Shown one piece after another: positions 15,911 through 24,519 of a DNA stretch of 64,000 bases. The translations under genes and the position numbers were made by a program. The notes under the pieces are model-generated. The model did not search any database. It was not told the DNA's origin and saw only the letters and a list, made by a program, of their open reading frames with translations. Numbering within the stretch: position 1 is the stretch's first letter; each line of letters starts with the position of its first letter. The stretch is taken from assembly GCA_964391185.1 (NCBI GenBank), contig CAYMIX010000002.1, positions 90,968-154,967 of the forward strand. The letters are read 5' to 3'. The DNA is from an uncultured Candidatus Peribacteria bacterium. Its GTDB lineage: Bacteria; Patescibacteriota; Gracilibacteria; Peribacterales; Peribacteraceae.

Positions 15911-17995
15911 ATGATGTCCTTACTGAACCCAACATCGGTCGCCGTGATCGGCGCTTCTGCCCAGGAAGGCAAAGTTGGGCATGATGTGCTGAAAAATTTG
16001 GTCACGCAGGGGTATGAAGGCCCAGTGTTCCCCATCAATCCAAAAGGTGGAGAGATTTTGGGAAAAACTGTGTACGTTTCCATCAAAGACACATCAATTG
16101 TTCCAGACCTCGCAGTGATCGTGATCCCCGGAAAACTGGTTCCAGATTCACTCAAAGAATGTGGTGAACGCGGCATCAAAAACGTGATCGTCATCAGCGC
16201 AGGATTTGGCGAAGTGCATACAGAAGAAGGAAAAACATTAGAGAAGCAACTCATCGATATCGCACATCAATACGGTATCACGTTGATCGGACCAAACTGT
16301 CTTGGAATTGTCCGACCAGGCATCAAGATGAACGCATCGTTTGCGAAAGAACTTCCACCTGCTGGGAACATCGCGGTTATCTCACAATCAGGTGCGATGG
16401 GTGTAGCACTCATGGACGGAGCGATTGGTTTCGGACTTGGATTCTCTGCATTCGTGAGTGTTGGCAACAAAGCAGTCATCGATGAATCAGCAATGCTCCG
16501 CATGATGGCGGATGACACAGAAACCAAAGTGATTGGGTTCTATCTCGAGAGCATCAAAGACGGTCAGAAATTCTTGGAAGCAATTGATTATGCACACAAC
16601 AAGAAATCGATCGTGCTGCTCAAGGCAGGTGTTTCTGAACATGGTCGTGCTGCCGCATCTTCGCACACGGGTGCACTTGCTGGAAGCGATGCAGCTATCG
16701 AGGCATTGTGCGCACAGACAGGAATCCATCGTGCACATTCAACGGAAGAATTCTTGGATCTCCTCAGTGTTCTTTCATTGGAACCAACGCTCCCAAGTAA
16801 CCGCATTGCAATCATCACCAATGCAGGTGGACCTGGCATCCTCGCGACGGATGCGGCAGAAATGAAAGGACTGAAAATGCCTGCGCTTTCTGCCCTCATA
16901 GAAGCCGACCTCAAAACAAAACTCGTTCCAGCTGCGAGCACCGCAAACCCAATTGACGTGATTGGTGATGCCGGAGCAGACCGCTACGAAGCAGCAATTC
17001 TCGCATGTAAAAAGGATCCAAATATTGATGGTATCGCTGTGCTCCTCACACCTCAGGTCATGACGCCGGTGGCAGATGCTGCACGTGCAATTGTAAAGGT
17101 AATGAAGGATGTGCCACTAATGCCAGTGGTGACTGCGTTCATGGGTGGAGAATCTGTGCGTGAAGGAAAGAAGATTCTGCGCGAAGCAGGAATCCCAACA
17201 TTTGCGACACCCGAAAGAGCAATCAATGCACTTGCTGCGTTGCGCGCTAAAGCGTGTCACCCTGAGCGCGACGAAGGGCAGACACGCGGTTCTATGGTTC
17301 GCCGAGCTCACCATGACACCGCGCAAGAATTACTAAAGAATCACAGCGGGCTCTTGGACGAAGAAACCACGACGAAACTCTTCGAACTGTACGAATTGCC
17401 GATGCCAAAGGCCGCACTCACACACACCGCAGAAGATGCTGTGCGCATCGCAGAACAGCTTGGGTATCCGGTGATTATGAAGATCAGTTCTCCGCAGATT
17501 TTGCATAAGACGGACATGGGTGGCGTGCGTGCGAACATCAAGAATGCAGCTGAGGTTACACTCGCCTTCCGCGACATCATGAGTGCAGTCCAGGAAAATG
17601 CTCCGACTGCAGACGTGAAAGGAATTTTGGTTCAGCAATTCTTACCTGTTGGAAATGAATTCATCGTCGGTGCTGTCCACGATGCATCATTTGGTCCGCT
17701 GATTATGGCTGGCCTCGGTGGTATTTACACAGAACTCTTCCGCGATACCGCATTCCGCATTGCCCCTGTCACAACAGACGAAGCGTACCGCATGCTCACA
17801 GACCTGGAAGCATGGAAGCTCCTGCTTGGTATGCGCGGCAAAGCACAGTCAGATATCGAAGCATTCGCCGGTCTTATTAGTCGCGTTTCTCAAATGGTCA
17901 TCGATTGTCCCCAGATAAAAGAACTCGACCTCAACCCCGTTCTTGTCCGAAGTGATGGACTCACAGTGGCGGATGCGAAAGTCGTGCTTGGTTAA
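15911..17995 (+). CDS. ADP-forming acetyl-CoA synthetase (acetate--CoA ligase), fused alpha/beta
   Basis: LNPTSVAVIGASAQEGKVGH CoA-binding domain, succinyl-CoA-ligase-like middle part, C-terminal ATP-grasp. TATAAT 15902-15907 puts the likely start at ATG 15914/15911, not 15803. Confidence 0.85.
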   Translation: MMSLLNPTSVAVIGASAQEGKVGHDVLKNLVTQGYEGPVFPINPKGGEILGKTVYVSIKDTSIVPDLAVIVIPGKLVPDSLKECGERGIKNVIVISAGFGEVHTEEGKTLEKQLIDIAHQYGITLIGPNCLGIVRPGIKMNASFAKELPPAGNIAVISQSGAMGVALMDGAIGFGLGFSAFVSVGNKAVIDESAMLRMMADDTETKVIGFYLESIKDGQKFLEAIDYAHNKKSIVLLKAGVSEHGRAAASSHTGALAGSDAAIEALCAQTGIHRAHSTEEFLDLLSVLSLEPTLPSNRIAIITNAGGPGILATDAAEMKGLKMPALSALIEADLKTKLVPAASTANPIDVIGDAGADRYEAAILACKKDPNIDGIAVLLTPQVMTPVADAARAIVKVMKDVPLMPVVTAFMGGESVREGKKILREAGIPTFATPERAINALAALRAKACHPERDEGQTRGSMVRRAHHDTAQELLKNHSGLLDEETTTKLFELYELPMPKAALTHTAEDAVRIAEQLGYPVIMKISSPQILHKTDMGGVRANIKNAAEVTLAFRDIMSAVQENAPTADVKGILVQQFLPVGNEFIVGAVHDASFGPLIMAGLGGIYTELFRDTAFRIAPVTTDEAYRMLTDLEAWKLLLGMRGKAQSDIEAFAGLISRVSQMVIDCPQIKELDLNPVLVRSDGLTVADAKVVLG
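17254..17320 (+). repeat. family A palindromic repeat inserted in frame in the acd interdomain linker
   Basis: GTGTCACCCTGAGCGCGACGAAGGGC...ATGGTTCGCCGAGCTCACCATGAC. Translated as CHPERDEGQTRGSMVRRAHHDT. Confidence 0.75.
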
Positions 17996-17996
17996 C

Positions 17997-18031
17997 TCGT
18001 TCTGCGTGCTTCGAAGCACGAATCAACGAAT
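17997..18031. repeat. family B hairpin repeat just after the acd stop
   Basis: 16-nt perfect palindrome CGTGCTTCGAAGCACG followed by AATCAACGAATCA. Confidence 0.7.
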
Positions 18032-18105
18032 CATGGAACATGCTTTTTCTCTGGAAGAAGTCTTTACTTTTACACAGGGCCCTTTAGTCTAACGAGGAAT
18101 TTTGA

Positions 18106-19089
18106 TTGTTCCCCTTTTCACCGTTTATGAAGTTCAAAACCCTGTACCGCCGCACAATCGAGATCGGCATGGACGCTGACGTTCGCGGCAAGAAACAGCT
18201 CGAAAAAATGCTTAAAAAACAAGCTGATAAGTACAAGAAGCTCGAAGGACGCGAGAAAGAAATGTTCGACGAAGAGCGCACATGGAACCCATACAGCGAC
18301 TCTCGTCTCATCAACGGTACCGGCGAAGAAGATATCAAACGCATCCTTGTGGGTATCGACATGGAATCTCAGGAAGTGCTGTTGGCCGATCGCCTCCGCG
18401 AACGCGGGGAGAAAATCGACTGTATCATGACGCACCACCCAGAGGGCCGTGGACTTGCGGACCTCGATAAAGTGATGGGCCTTCAGGTAGATATCATGGC
18501 TTCCGTAGGGGTACCAGTGAACCACACGGAAGCACAGCTTCGCCCACGTCAGGAACGTATTTGGCGCTCCATCCACGCAGATAACCTCTTCCGCACAGAG
18601 CGCGTAGCTGAGCTCCTCGGTTTCCCGATGTTCAGCTGCCACACGGTGACAGACAACTTGGTCTGGCGCTTCATGGAGAAAAATATTTGCGCTAAGCCAT
18701 TCGATACGTTGGATGAAATCATCAACGCGATCTACGACATTCCTGAATACAAATACTACGCTAAGCGCGGAAACCCACCAATTATTGTGAACGGTTCCGG
18801 TAGCTCACGCCCAGGAAAAATCGTCGCGACAGAATTCACCGGAGGAACAAACGGACCAGAGGAATTCTTGGAAGAACAATCACGCGCTGGGGTAGGAACA
18901 ATCCTTTCCATGCACGTCACAGAAAAGACATTGGAAGAAGCACGCAAGCATCACGTAAATATGATCCAGTGCTCCCACATGGCTTCTGACGGAATTGGTA
19001 TCAACTTGCTCTTCGATATCCTCTCCAAAGAAGAGAAAAAATTAGAAATACTTCCTGTATCAGGATTTATCCGCGTCGCACGCAAGTAA
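18106..19089 (+). CDS. NIF3 (DUF34)-like metal-binding protein
   Basis: ILVGID..KIDCIMTHHPEG and C-terminal CSHMASDG resemble NIF3 motifs. TTG start 6 nt after GAGGAA. Confidence 0.45.
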   Translation: MFPFSPFMKFKTLYRRTIEIGMDADVRGKKQLEKMLKKQADKYKKLEGREKEMFDEERTWNPYSDSRLINGTGEEDIKRILVGIDMESQEVLLADRLRERGEKIDCIMTHHPEGRGLADLDKVMGLQVDIMASVGVPVNHTEAQLRPRQERIWRSIHADNLFRTERVAELLGFPMFSCHTVTDNLVWRFMEKNICAKPFDTLDEIINAIYDIPEYKYYAKRGNPPIIVNGSGSSRPGKIVATEFTGGTNGPEEFLEEQSRAGVGTILSMHVTEKTLEEARKHHVNMIQCSHMASDGIGINLLFDILSKEEKKLEILPVSGFIRVARK

Positions 19090-19093
19090 TAAA

Positions 19094-19170
19094 GTAAGGA
19101 GGGTATGGGGTGTAAGGAGAGTTTTGGGGGTTACCCCCATTACTCCCCAGACCTTCATTACCCTCCTTAC
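19094..19170. repeat. family C imperfect palindrome
   Basis: GTAAGGAGGGTA (19094-19105) pairs with TACCCTCCTTAC (19159-19170). Inner GGGGGTTACCCCC hairpin. Confidence 0.75.
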
Positions 19171-19210
19171 CTATTCAGTAAAAGCAATATTAGCTACCGC
19201 TTCGACCAAG

Positions 19211-19348
19211 TTACTTCGCACAAGTGCATCCATCATCCATACGGTCCACGCAACCCTCCATACAAATTTTTCCACCGCACTCAGGACATGTGTTGATTGT
19301 TAGGCCGCAAGAGCCGCAGATTGCTGGTTCTGTTGTCGTGTCTTCCAT
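19211..19348 (-). CDS. candidate 45-aa Cys-rich (8 Cys) zinc-ribbon-like miniprotein
   Basis: Own translation: MEDTTTEPAICGSCGLTINTCPECGGKICMEGCVDRMDDGCTCAK. Below the ORF-track size cutoff. No SD seen. Confidence 0.3.
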   Translation of the reverse strand: MEDTTTEPAICGSCGLTINTCPECGGKICMEGCVDRMDDGCTCAK

Positions 19349-19443
19349 AGAAAATCAAAGGTAAAGAATATGTGTATTCTCTGCGGAATCGGCTACCACT
19401 GCAAGGATCTTCCGCTAGAATCTCAGCTATCTGAAGAAGGGTT

Positions 19444-20178
19444 ATGTCGTCGCTTTTCTCTATCATCGGCCAGTCGTACGCATTTTGCAGGAAGCAACAC
19501 GCCATCGCGCACGCGACCTTCTGGTTTCTGTTTTTGCCATCGCTTGCGACAGCACTCTTAGCTGATTATGCATTGATCAATAAAGCATTCATTCATCAGC
19601 GCCCGGAAATAAATATTCTCTTAAATTTGGCATACGTCGCATTTAGCTTAATGATCGTATGGGGAACGGTGTGCGTACTACACATTGGGAAGCGCTTACT
19701 ACAGGCAAAATCTGGCCGAACACGGTCGTCATTCAAAACAGTTCGCATGCAGGCGGGGCCATTCTTCATCCCCTTTTTGCTCACGAGTATTTTACGAAGT
19801 ATCTTCACAATGCTCTGGACCCTTCTCTTGATAGTCCCAGGAATCATATATTTCGTCCGTACGCTGTTTTTCCCCGTTATCGTTATCTGTGAAGGCATCG
19901 CGTACAGGCCCGCTCTCAAGCGTAGCCAAGAGATCGTCCGCGGACACACGATGTCCGTATTGTTAAATGCTCTCTGCCTCACCGTACTAACTTTCTTCCC
20001 CGCCGTCGCACTGGATCTCATCTTCTCGCACATTGCAACAAACGCACCATTCGCCATACTTCTCGCCGCGAATGTCGCATCATCTATCCTCACATCGTTT
20101 GCACTCGTACTTTATTTGCTCAGCTTGATTCAACTGTTCGATTACTATCGTCCACCTACGGGGCCGGTGTCGAATTGA
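19444..20178 (+). CDS. hypothetical polytopic membrane protein (244 aa)
   Basis: About 6 hydrophobic helices. GAAGAAGGG SD-like motif upstream. Confidence 0.5.
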   Translation: MSSLFSIIGQSYAFCRKQHAIAHATFWFLFLPSLATALLADYALINKAFIHQRPEINILLNLAYVAFSLMIVWGTVCVLHIGKRLLQAKSGRTRSSFKTVRMQAGPFFIPFLLTSILRSIFTMLWTLLLIVPGIIYFVRTLFFPVIVICEGIAYRPALKRSQEIVRGHTMSVLLNALCLTVLTFFPAVALDLIFSHIATNAPFAILLAANVASSILTSFALVLYLLSLIQLFDYYRPPTGPVSN

Positions 20179-20597
20179 TTACGGACGACGTCTGTTCCAA
20201 TAAAACCCGAACCGATAAATACTTCCATACTAATCATATCGTCAATGCGCTGGCGAACAGCAATCGTATTTTGGCTTACCCCATTCAATAACTCTTCCAT
20301 ATTTCTTTGTAATGTTTCACGATTCGTCACGCCCCATAGCACCTGATTATCCTGAACAAGATCAACGGATGAATTATGCCCATCCACGCCTTCACTTATT
20401 TCAATAAAACGACTTTCGACCATGTACGGAATTTGCTCCATACGATCAACTAAAGGCGTTTCACCAATTTCGTGTTGTGCTAGCCGAAAACGAATTTTCT
20501 GCTTTATGGCTTCATCAAGATCATTGCGCTCCAAAAACTTCTCAAGAAGTTCAGGATAAAAATTTTCATCTGGCACGTATCTTTGAGCTTCAGACAT
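20145..20597 (-). CDS. hypothetical protein (150 aa)
   Basis: ATG 20597 (MSEAQRY) preceded by TATCTT-N6. No family recognised. Confidence 0.45.
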   Translation of the reverse strand: MSEAQRYVPDENFYPELLEKFLERNDLDEAIKQKIRFRLAQHEIGETPLVDRMEQIPYMVESRFIEISEGVDGHNSSVDLVQDNQVLWGVTNRETLQRNMEELLNGVSQNTIAVRQRIDDMISMEVFIGSGFIGTDVVRNQFDTGPVGGR

Positions 20598-20647
20598 GAC
20601 GTTAAGATAGAGAAATTTCCTCAAAAAAAGAATACAATTCATCCTCT

Positions 20648-21475
20648 ATGACCTGGGGTTTAGCTTTATCTGGCGGCGCAGCGTATGGCTTGGCGAATGC
20701 CGGCGTATTGAAAGTACTTGAACACGAAGGACTCAAGCCCAACTACATTGCAGGAAGTAGTATGGGTGCCATCGTCGGGGCGCTGTATGCATTTACCGGA
20801 TCGACCGCAGTACTCGATGAACTCACATCATCTCTCACGATGCGCAATGTCGCGCGCTGGAGCGATGAGCCACTCAAGAATGGCTTACACGGCGGAATCT
20901 TTAGCCAAGAAATTTCGAAACACATCCACGATATTGTGGGCGATGCGACGATTGGAGACTGCAAAATCCCCTTCGTCTGTATCGCGGGACGCGTAAAAGC
21001 TCCCATCACGTGGCACAAGATCGTCATGCCAGGATTTGCTGATGAAGTGACTGCGAGCATCGAACCAGTAACGTTTGAACCTGAGACAAAACTGCTCGAG
21101 GCTCTGATGGCAACGAGTGCGATTCCGGTCATTTTCTCACCAGTAAAGATCGCAGAAGAGGAATATATCGATCTCGTGCATTTTGGGGCGATCCCCGCTC
21201 GCTCACTTCGAGCTGTCTATCATCCTGATGTCATCATCGGAACAAATACGACGCCAGTGTACAAAGATCTAATGAAGTACTTGCCGCAAGGCTGGCAAGA
21301 ATTCATGCAGCGTGGCTACAACGAAATGGCGATAAGCAAAGATGCTTGTGACCTTGTCATTTCACCGGCAATGACCGGTGCACCATTCAGGTTTGATAAA
21401 GCAGCAGAATTTGTGAAGGCGGGCGAAGAGGCTGTCGAACAAGCGCTATCGGATATCAAAAAACTCATTTCATAA
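20648..21475 (+). CDS. patatin-like phospholipase
   Basis: GLALSGGAAYGLANAGVL (GxGxxG) and AGSSMGA (GxSxG). Confidence 0.8.
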   Translation: MTWGLALSGGAAYGLANAGVLKVLEHEGLKPNYIAGSSMGAIVGALYAFTGSTAVLDELTSSLTMRNVARWSDEPLKNGLHGGIFSQEISKHIHDIVGDATIGDCKIPFVCIAGRVKAPITWHKIVMPGFADEVTASIEPVTFEPETKLLEALMATSAIPVIFSPVKIAEEEYIDLVHFGAIPARSLRAVYHPDVIIGTNTTPVYKDLMKYLPQGWQEFMQRGYNEMAISKDACDLVISPAMTGAPFRFDKAAEFVKAGEEAVEQALSDIKKLIS

Positions 21476-21511
21476 ACACACCCACTTTTCGTGTGAGATG
21501 AATGTATGTCC

Positions 21512-21856
21512 TCACTTCGATACGTGCTCTACCAACTTCTTGAACGTCTCTGGCTCGTGAATAGCGAGCTCGGAGAGAACCTTACGGTCGAGCTTAATGC
21601 CCTTCTTAGAAAGCTGGTTGATGAAGATGGAATACTTTCCACCTGCCTCGCGGATAGCTGCGTTAAGACGAACAATCCACAATGAGCGGAAGTTGCGTTT
21701 CTTCTTGCGGCGATCCATGAATGCGTGCTGACCCGCCTTGATCATGCGCTCCTTAGCTTTCACGAAAGTGCTGTGGCCAAGGCCCTGATACCCCTTGGTG
21801 AGCTTCTTTACTTTCTTGTGCCTGCGATGACGGACGACGCCGCGCTTAGTACGCAT
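21512..21856 (-). CDS. rplT: 50S ribosomal protein L20
   Basis: MRTKRGVVRHRRHKKVKKLTKGYQG. Confidence 0.95.
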   Translation of the reverse strand: MRTKRGVVRHRRHKKVKKLTKGYQGLGHSTFVKAKERMIKAGQHAFMDRRKKKRNFRSLWIVRLNAAIREAGGKYSIFINQLSKKGIKLDRKVLSELAIHEPETFKKLVEHVSK

Positions 21857-21857
21857 G

Positions 21858-22052
21858 TTAGAGAGACGGGAGGAGTTGTCTGATATTGGCAATGTTCGTC
21901 GGGTGCAACATCAACGTGCGGTTCTTGCGCTTTTGACGCTTGCTCTTTTGCGACAGCAAGTGACTGCGGCCGTGGCGCTTCATGGCGAGTTTGCCAGAAC
22001 CAGTCTTGCGAACTCGTTTCTTAGCGCCGCTGTGTGACTTAAGCTTACCCAT
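21858..22052 (-). CDS. rpmI: 50S ribosomal protein L35
   Basis: MGKLKSHSGAKKRVRKTGSGKLAMKRHGRSHLL. Confidence 0.95.
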   Translation of the reverse strand: MGKLKSHSGAKKRVRKTGSGKLAMKRHGRSHLLSQKSKRQKRKNRTLMLHPTNIANIRQLLPSL

Positions 22053-22120
22053 AGGAAAAATTCGGACGAACGGGGCGGCAGTATACGGAAATCTAACTAG
22101 TGTGCAAAGGGAAAATTACT

Positions 22121-22191
22121 AAGTAATAAGGGTATTGGGGGTATTGGGGGTAAGGAGGGCACCCTAAATACACCCCATACTCCCCTTACTT
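22121..22191. repeat. family C imperfect palindrome in the infC-rpmI spacer
   Basis: AAGTAATAAGGGTATTGGGGGTATTGGGGGTAAGGAGGG ... ATACACCCCATACTCCCCTTACTT. Confidence 0.75.
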
Positions 22192-22202
22192 AAACACAAG
22201 AA

Positions 22203-22694
22203 TTATTTAGCAGCTGGCCGCATGACGGCAATAAATTGATTCCCCTGCATCTTTACGTCCTGTTCTACCTCTGCGACGTCTTTGAGGCTTTCCATAAGGC
22301 CTTTGAGCTTCTGGATCGCGTAGTTCTTGTTTGTAAGCTCGCGTCCGCGGAGGCGAACGGCGAACTTCACCATGTGGCGTTCACCAAGGAATTCCTTCGC
22401 ACGATCGATCAAACGGTCCAAATCGTGCTTTTCTGTACGAAAACCGAAGCGCAACATTTTGGTTTCTGACTGCTTGCTGTGTGCCTTCTGCTTCTTTTCC
22501 TTCTTTTGGAGCTGATACAGGAAGTGACCGAAATCCCCGATCTTCACCACCGGTGGCACTGCTTTAGGCGATACTTCAATAAGATCCATCTCCAATGCCT
22601 TCGCACGAGCAATAGCCTCGGCAATCGGGAGCTTTTCTGCGTCGCCTTCATCGCTGATAAGCAACACTTCAGGTACCGTGATTTGCTCATTCAT
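22203..22694 (-). CDS. infC: translation initiation factor IF-3
   Basis: MNEQITVPEVLLISDEGD..VKIGDFGHFLYQ..FGFRTEKHDL. ATG 22694 taken as start (the true start codon could be non-canonical). Confidence 0.9.
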   Translation of the reverse strand: MNEQITVPEVLLISDEGDAEKLPIAEAIARAKALEMDLIEVSPKAVPPVVKIGDFGHFLYQLQKKEKKQKAHSKQSETKMLRFGFRTEKHDLDRLIDRAKEFLGERHMVKFAVRLRGRELTNKNYAIQKLKGLMESLKDVAEVEQDVKMQGNQFIAVMRPAAK

Positions 22695-22819
22695 GCGAGG
22701 TCGCTTTTCGAGCTTCTGCTGATTTTTTCCGTACGGGTGGCGCTGGCGCAAACAAAAAATGGGGAATGGATGTGTTCAGAAACATATCGGAAATTGGCTT
22801 AATGGTCAATATTCTGACC

Positions 22820-22868
22820 GTTGTTCTTCGTTGATTCGTTCTTCGAAGTCGAAGTAACGAAGAACGAG
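22820..22868. repeat. family B hairpin repeat
   Basis: TCGTTCTTCG (22836-22845) pairs with CGAAGAACGA (22858-22867), then GTTAACG. Confidence 0.75.
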
Positions 22869-23735
22869 TTAACGTGCACGTACGTACGCGCTTAGAGTCA
22901 TCGCCACATGAACAAGTCCATTCCCCGCGTCACGGTACGCAGCAGTATCGACTGTCAGCAAGCGGGATGGCCACATCTTCTGCTCGCGCAAAATAGGACC
23001 CAAGTCTTTCATCAGTTCTTTTGCCTCACGTAACTCATCAGAATAGAAGAAGTTCATGAGAGCAGTTTCCGATGCTGGAGACACGAATGACTTCTTCAAT
23101 TGTTCCTCGTACGGCTTTGGCTCTTCGGCGTAACGCAAGAGATCGGTACTGAGGAACTGCTCGAGTGCCGCAATGGCTGCAGGGTTTTCCTGTTCTGTCA
23201 GGGCAAGTGCAGCATCGATATCATCCTGCGAAAGGAGATCGCCGACTGTGAGCAATCCCGAAATATCTGTGAAAAGAAGGAGCTGTTTCAGACCGTCTGG
23301 CGTGAGGTCGGCTTCAAATGTGATAGGTAATGATTGAACACCCTCGGAAACATCTTCGCGTTCCCCTATCCTGATATCAGAAAAAGATGTGAGTAAACGT
23401 TTCTGTTCCAAGTAGGAAAACACGACGTCGAATGTTGCGAGCAAGCGATCGATGTCATCTTCCTGAGGAAGCACATACAAATGAAGGAGATCGAGTTGTG
23501 ACCCGCCACGGACTTCTGCCTGCACCTCGGCAATTTCATTTTGTTCCTGAAGAAGTGCGATACGCTTTTCCATTTGTGGAAGAGCAATTGCTGCAGGCAA
23601 CCCCACTTCGCGCATATCGCGCACAGCTCCCGCATGCATCCAGAGGAGTGCTGCAGAGCTCACAAGCATGCCTCCAGCGATCATCAGATGATGCTGAGAA
23701 GTGAGCCGTTGAAGGTTAGAGAGAAGCGATTTCAT
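22869..23735 (-). CDS. hypothetical membrane-anchored coiled-coil protein (PilO-like topology)
   Basis: ATG 23735 (MKSLLSNL). One TM, then a coiled coil. The upstream part of the track ORF is read-through of a family A repeat (KCHPERRRR). Confidence 0.4.
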   Translation of the reverse strand: MKSLLSNLQRLTSQHHLMIAGGMLVSSAALLWMHAGAVRDMREVGLPAAIALPQMEKRIALLQEQNEIAEVQAEVRGGSQLDLLHLYVLPQEDDIDRLLATFDVVFSYLEQKRLLTSFSDIRIGEREDVSEGVQSLPITFEADLTPDGLKQLLLFTDISGLLTVGDLLSQDDIDAALALTEQENPAAIAALEQFLSTDLLRYAEEPKPYEEQLKKSFVSPASETALMNFFYSDELREAKELMKDLGPILREQKMWPSRLLTVDTAAYRDAGNGLVHVAMTLSAYVRAR

Positions 23736-23757
23736 AAGAAGATAAACACATAGTAAG

Positions 23758-23787
23758 TTTGCCCTTCGTCTCCGCTCAGGGTGACAC
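23758..23787. repeat. family A half-element (reverse orientation)
   Basis: Reverse complement is GTGTCACCCTGAGCGGAGACGAAGGGCAAA. It supplies the last codons and TGA stop of the gene ending at 23776. Confidence 0.7.
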
Positions 23788-24387
23788 TTTTTGGTTGATG
23801 ACGAACTGAAGAACGAACGGCGAATGGAATGAACCATCGTCCAATTGTTCACGAGTGAAGGAAGGTTTATCGAGATCGGAAATAAACGAAAGTTTGGAAA
23901 CTTCTTCGACAAATGCAGCAAGTACCGTCATCGATCGAGTACCGATATTTCGCACATCACCTTCGACGGTGACGCTTAATCCATCAATCGAGATTTTGGA
24001 GACTGCTACGGCGTCTGCTTCGTCACCCAAGCGCGATGCTGCCTGGCGCAATTCTTCACGTATATCTGTAAGTGAAAGCTGTCCGATTTTTTCCTGTTTG
24101 AGAGCGGTGTACGTTTCATCGGTGATTGGCAAAACCAAACGCACGCGTTCGCCTTCCTGTTGAGAAAGGTCCGCTGCCAATTGTTTCTGATATGCAACGA
24201 TCTGACGTGGGTTCATCGAAAGACCACTCTGCTGATGGAGTTGCGTGAAGCGTGGCAGAAGGAATACATAGGAGATCAATAACAACGTAAACAGCACACC
24301 CGAAAACGTGAGCATTGGCATGGCCATTCGCTCTACGATTGCAGCTTTGAGAGGAGCCGTTTCTGGTGTTTGTTCGAGTTCAGACAT
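23776..24387 (-). CDS. PilN-like (fimbrial assembly) membrane protein
   Basis: N-terminal TM LTFSGVLFTLLLISYVFLL, coiled coil, C-terminal alpha/beta domain. Topology-level call only. Confidence 0.4.
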   Translation of the reverse strand: MSELEQTPETAPLKAAIVERMAMPMLTFSGVLFTLLLISYVFLLPRFTQLHQQSGLSMNPRQIVAYQKQLAADLSQQEGERVRLVLPITDETYTALKQEKIGQLSLTDIREELRQAASRLGDEADAVAVSKISIDGLSVTVEGDVRNIGTRSMTVLAAFVEEVSKLSFISDLDKPSFTREQLDDGSFHSPFVLQFVINQKVSP

Positions 24388-24435
24388 TTCCCCTTATTAT
24401 AGCATAAATAGTCATATTCGACTATGGAAGGACAT

Positions 24436-24465
24436 TTGACATACTTAAAAAGGGTGAAATAATGT
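24436..24465 (+). promoter_or_regulatory. sigma70-like promoter TTGACA-N18-TAATGT
   Basis: Read directly. The TTGACAT/ATGTCAA 7-bp inverted repeat spans both boxes. Confidence 0.4.
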
Positions 24466-24491
24466 CAAAGTTGTTCAGCAGACCATTCACA

Positions 24492-24505
24492 CCCCCCCCC
24501 CCCCC
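24492..24505. repeat. C14 homopolymer tract abutting the SD
   Basis: Counted directly. Followed immediately by GAAGGAGCTAATGC-ATG (24520). Confidence 0.9.
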
Positions 24506-24519
24506 GAAGGAGCTAATGC

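Noticed and set aside
22053-22202. The 150-nt infC-rpmI spacer as an L20-binding translational operator (as in E. coli)
   Set aside because: The spacer is dominated by a family C palindrome also found at three unrelated sites. I could not identify an L20-site-like pseudoknot by eye.
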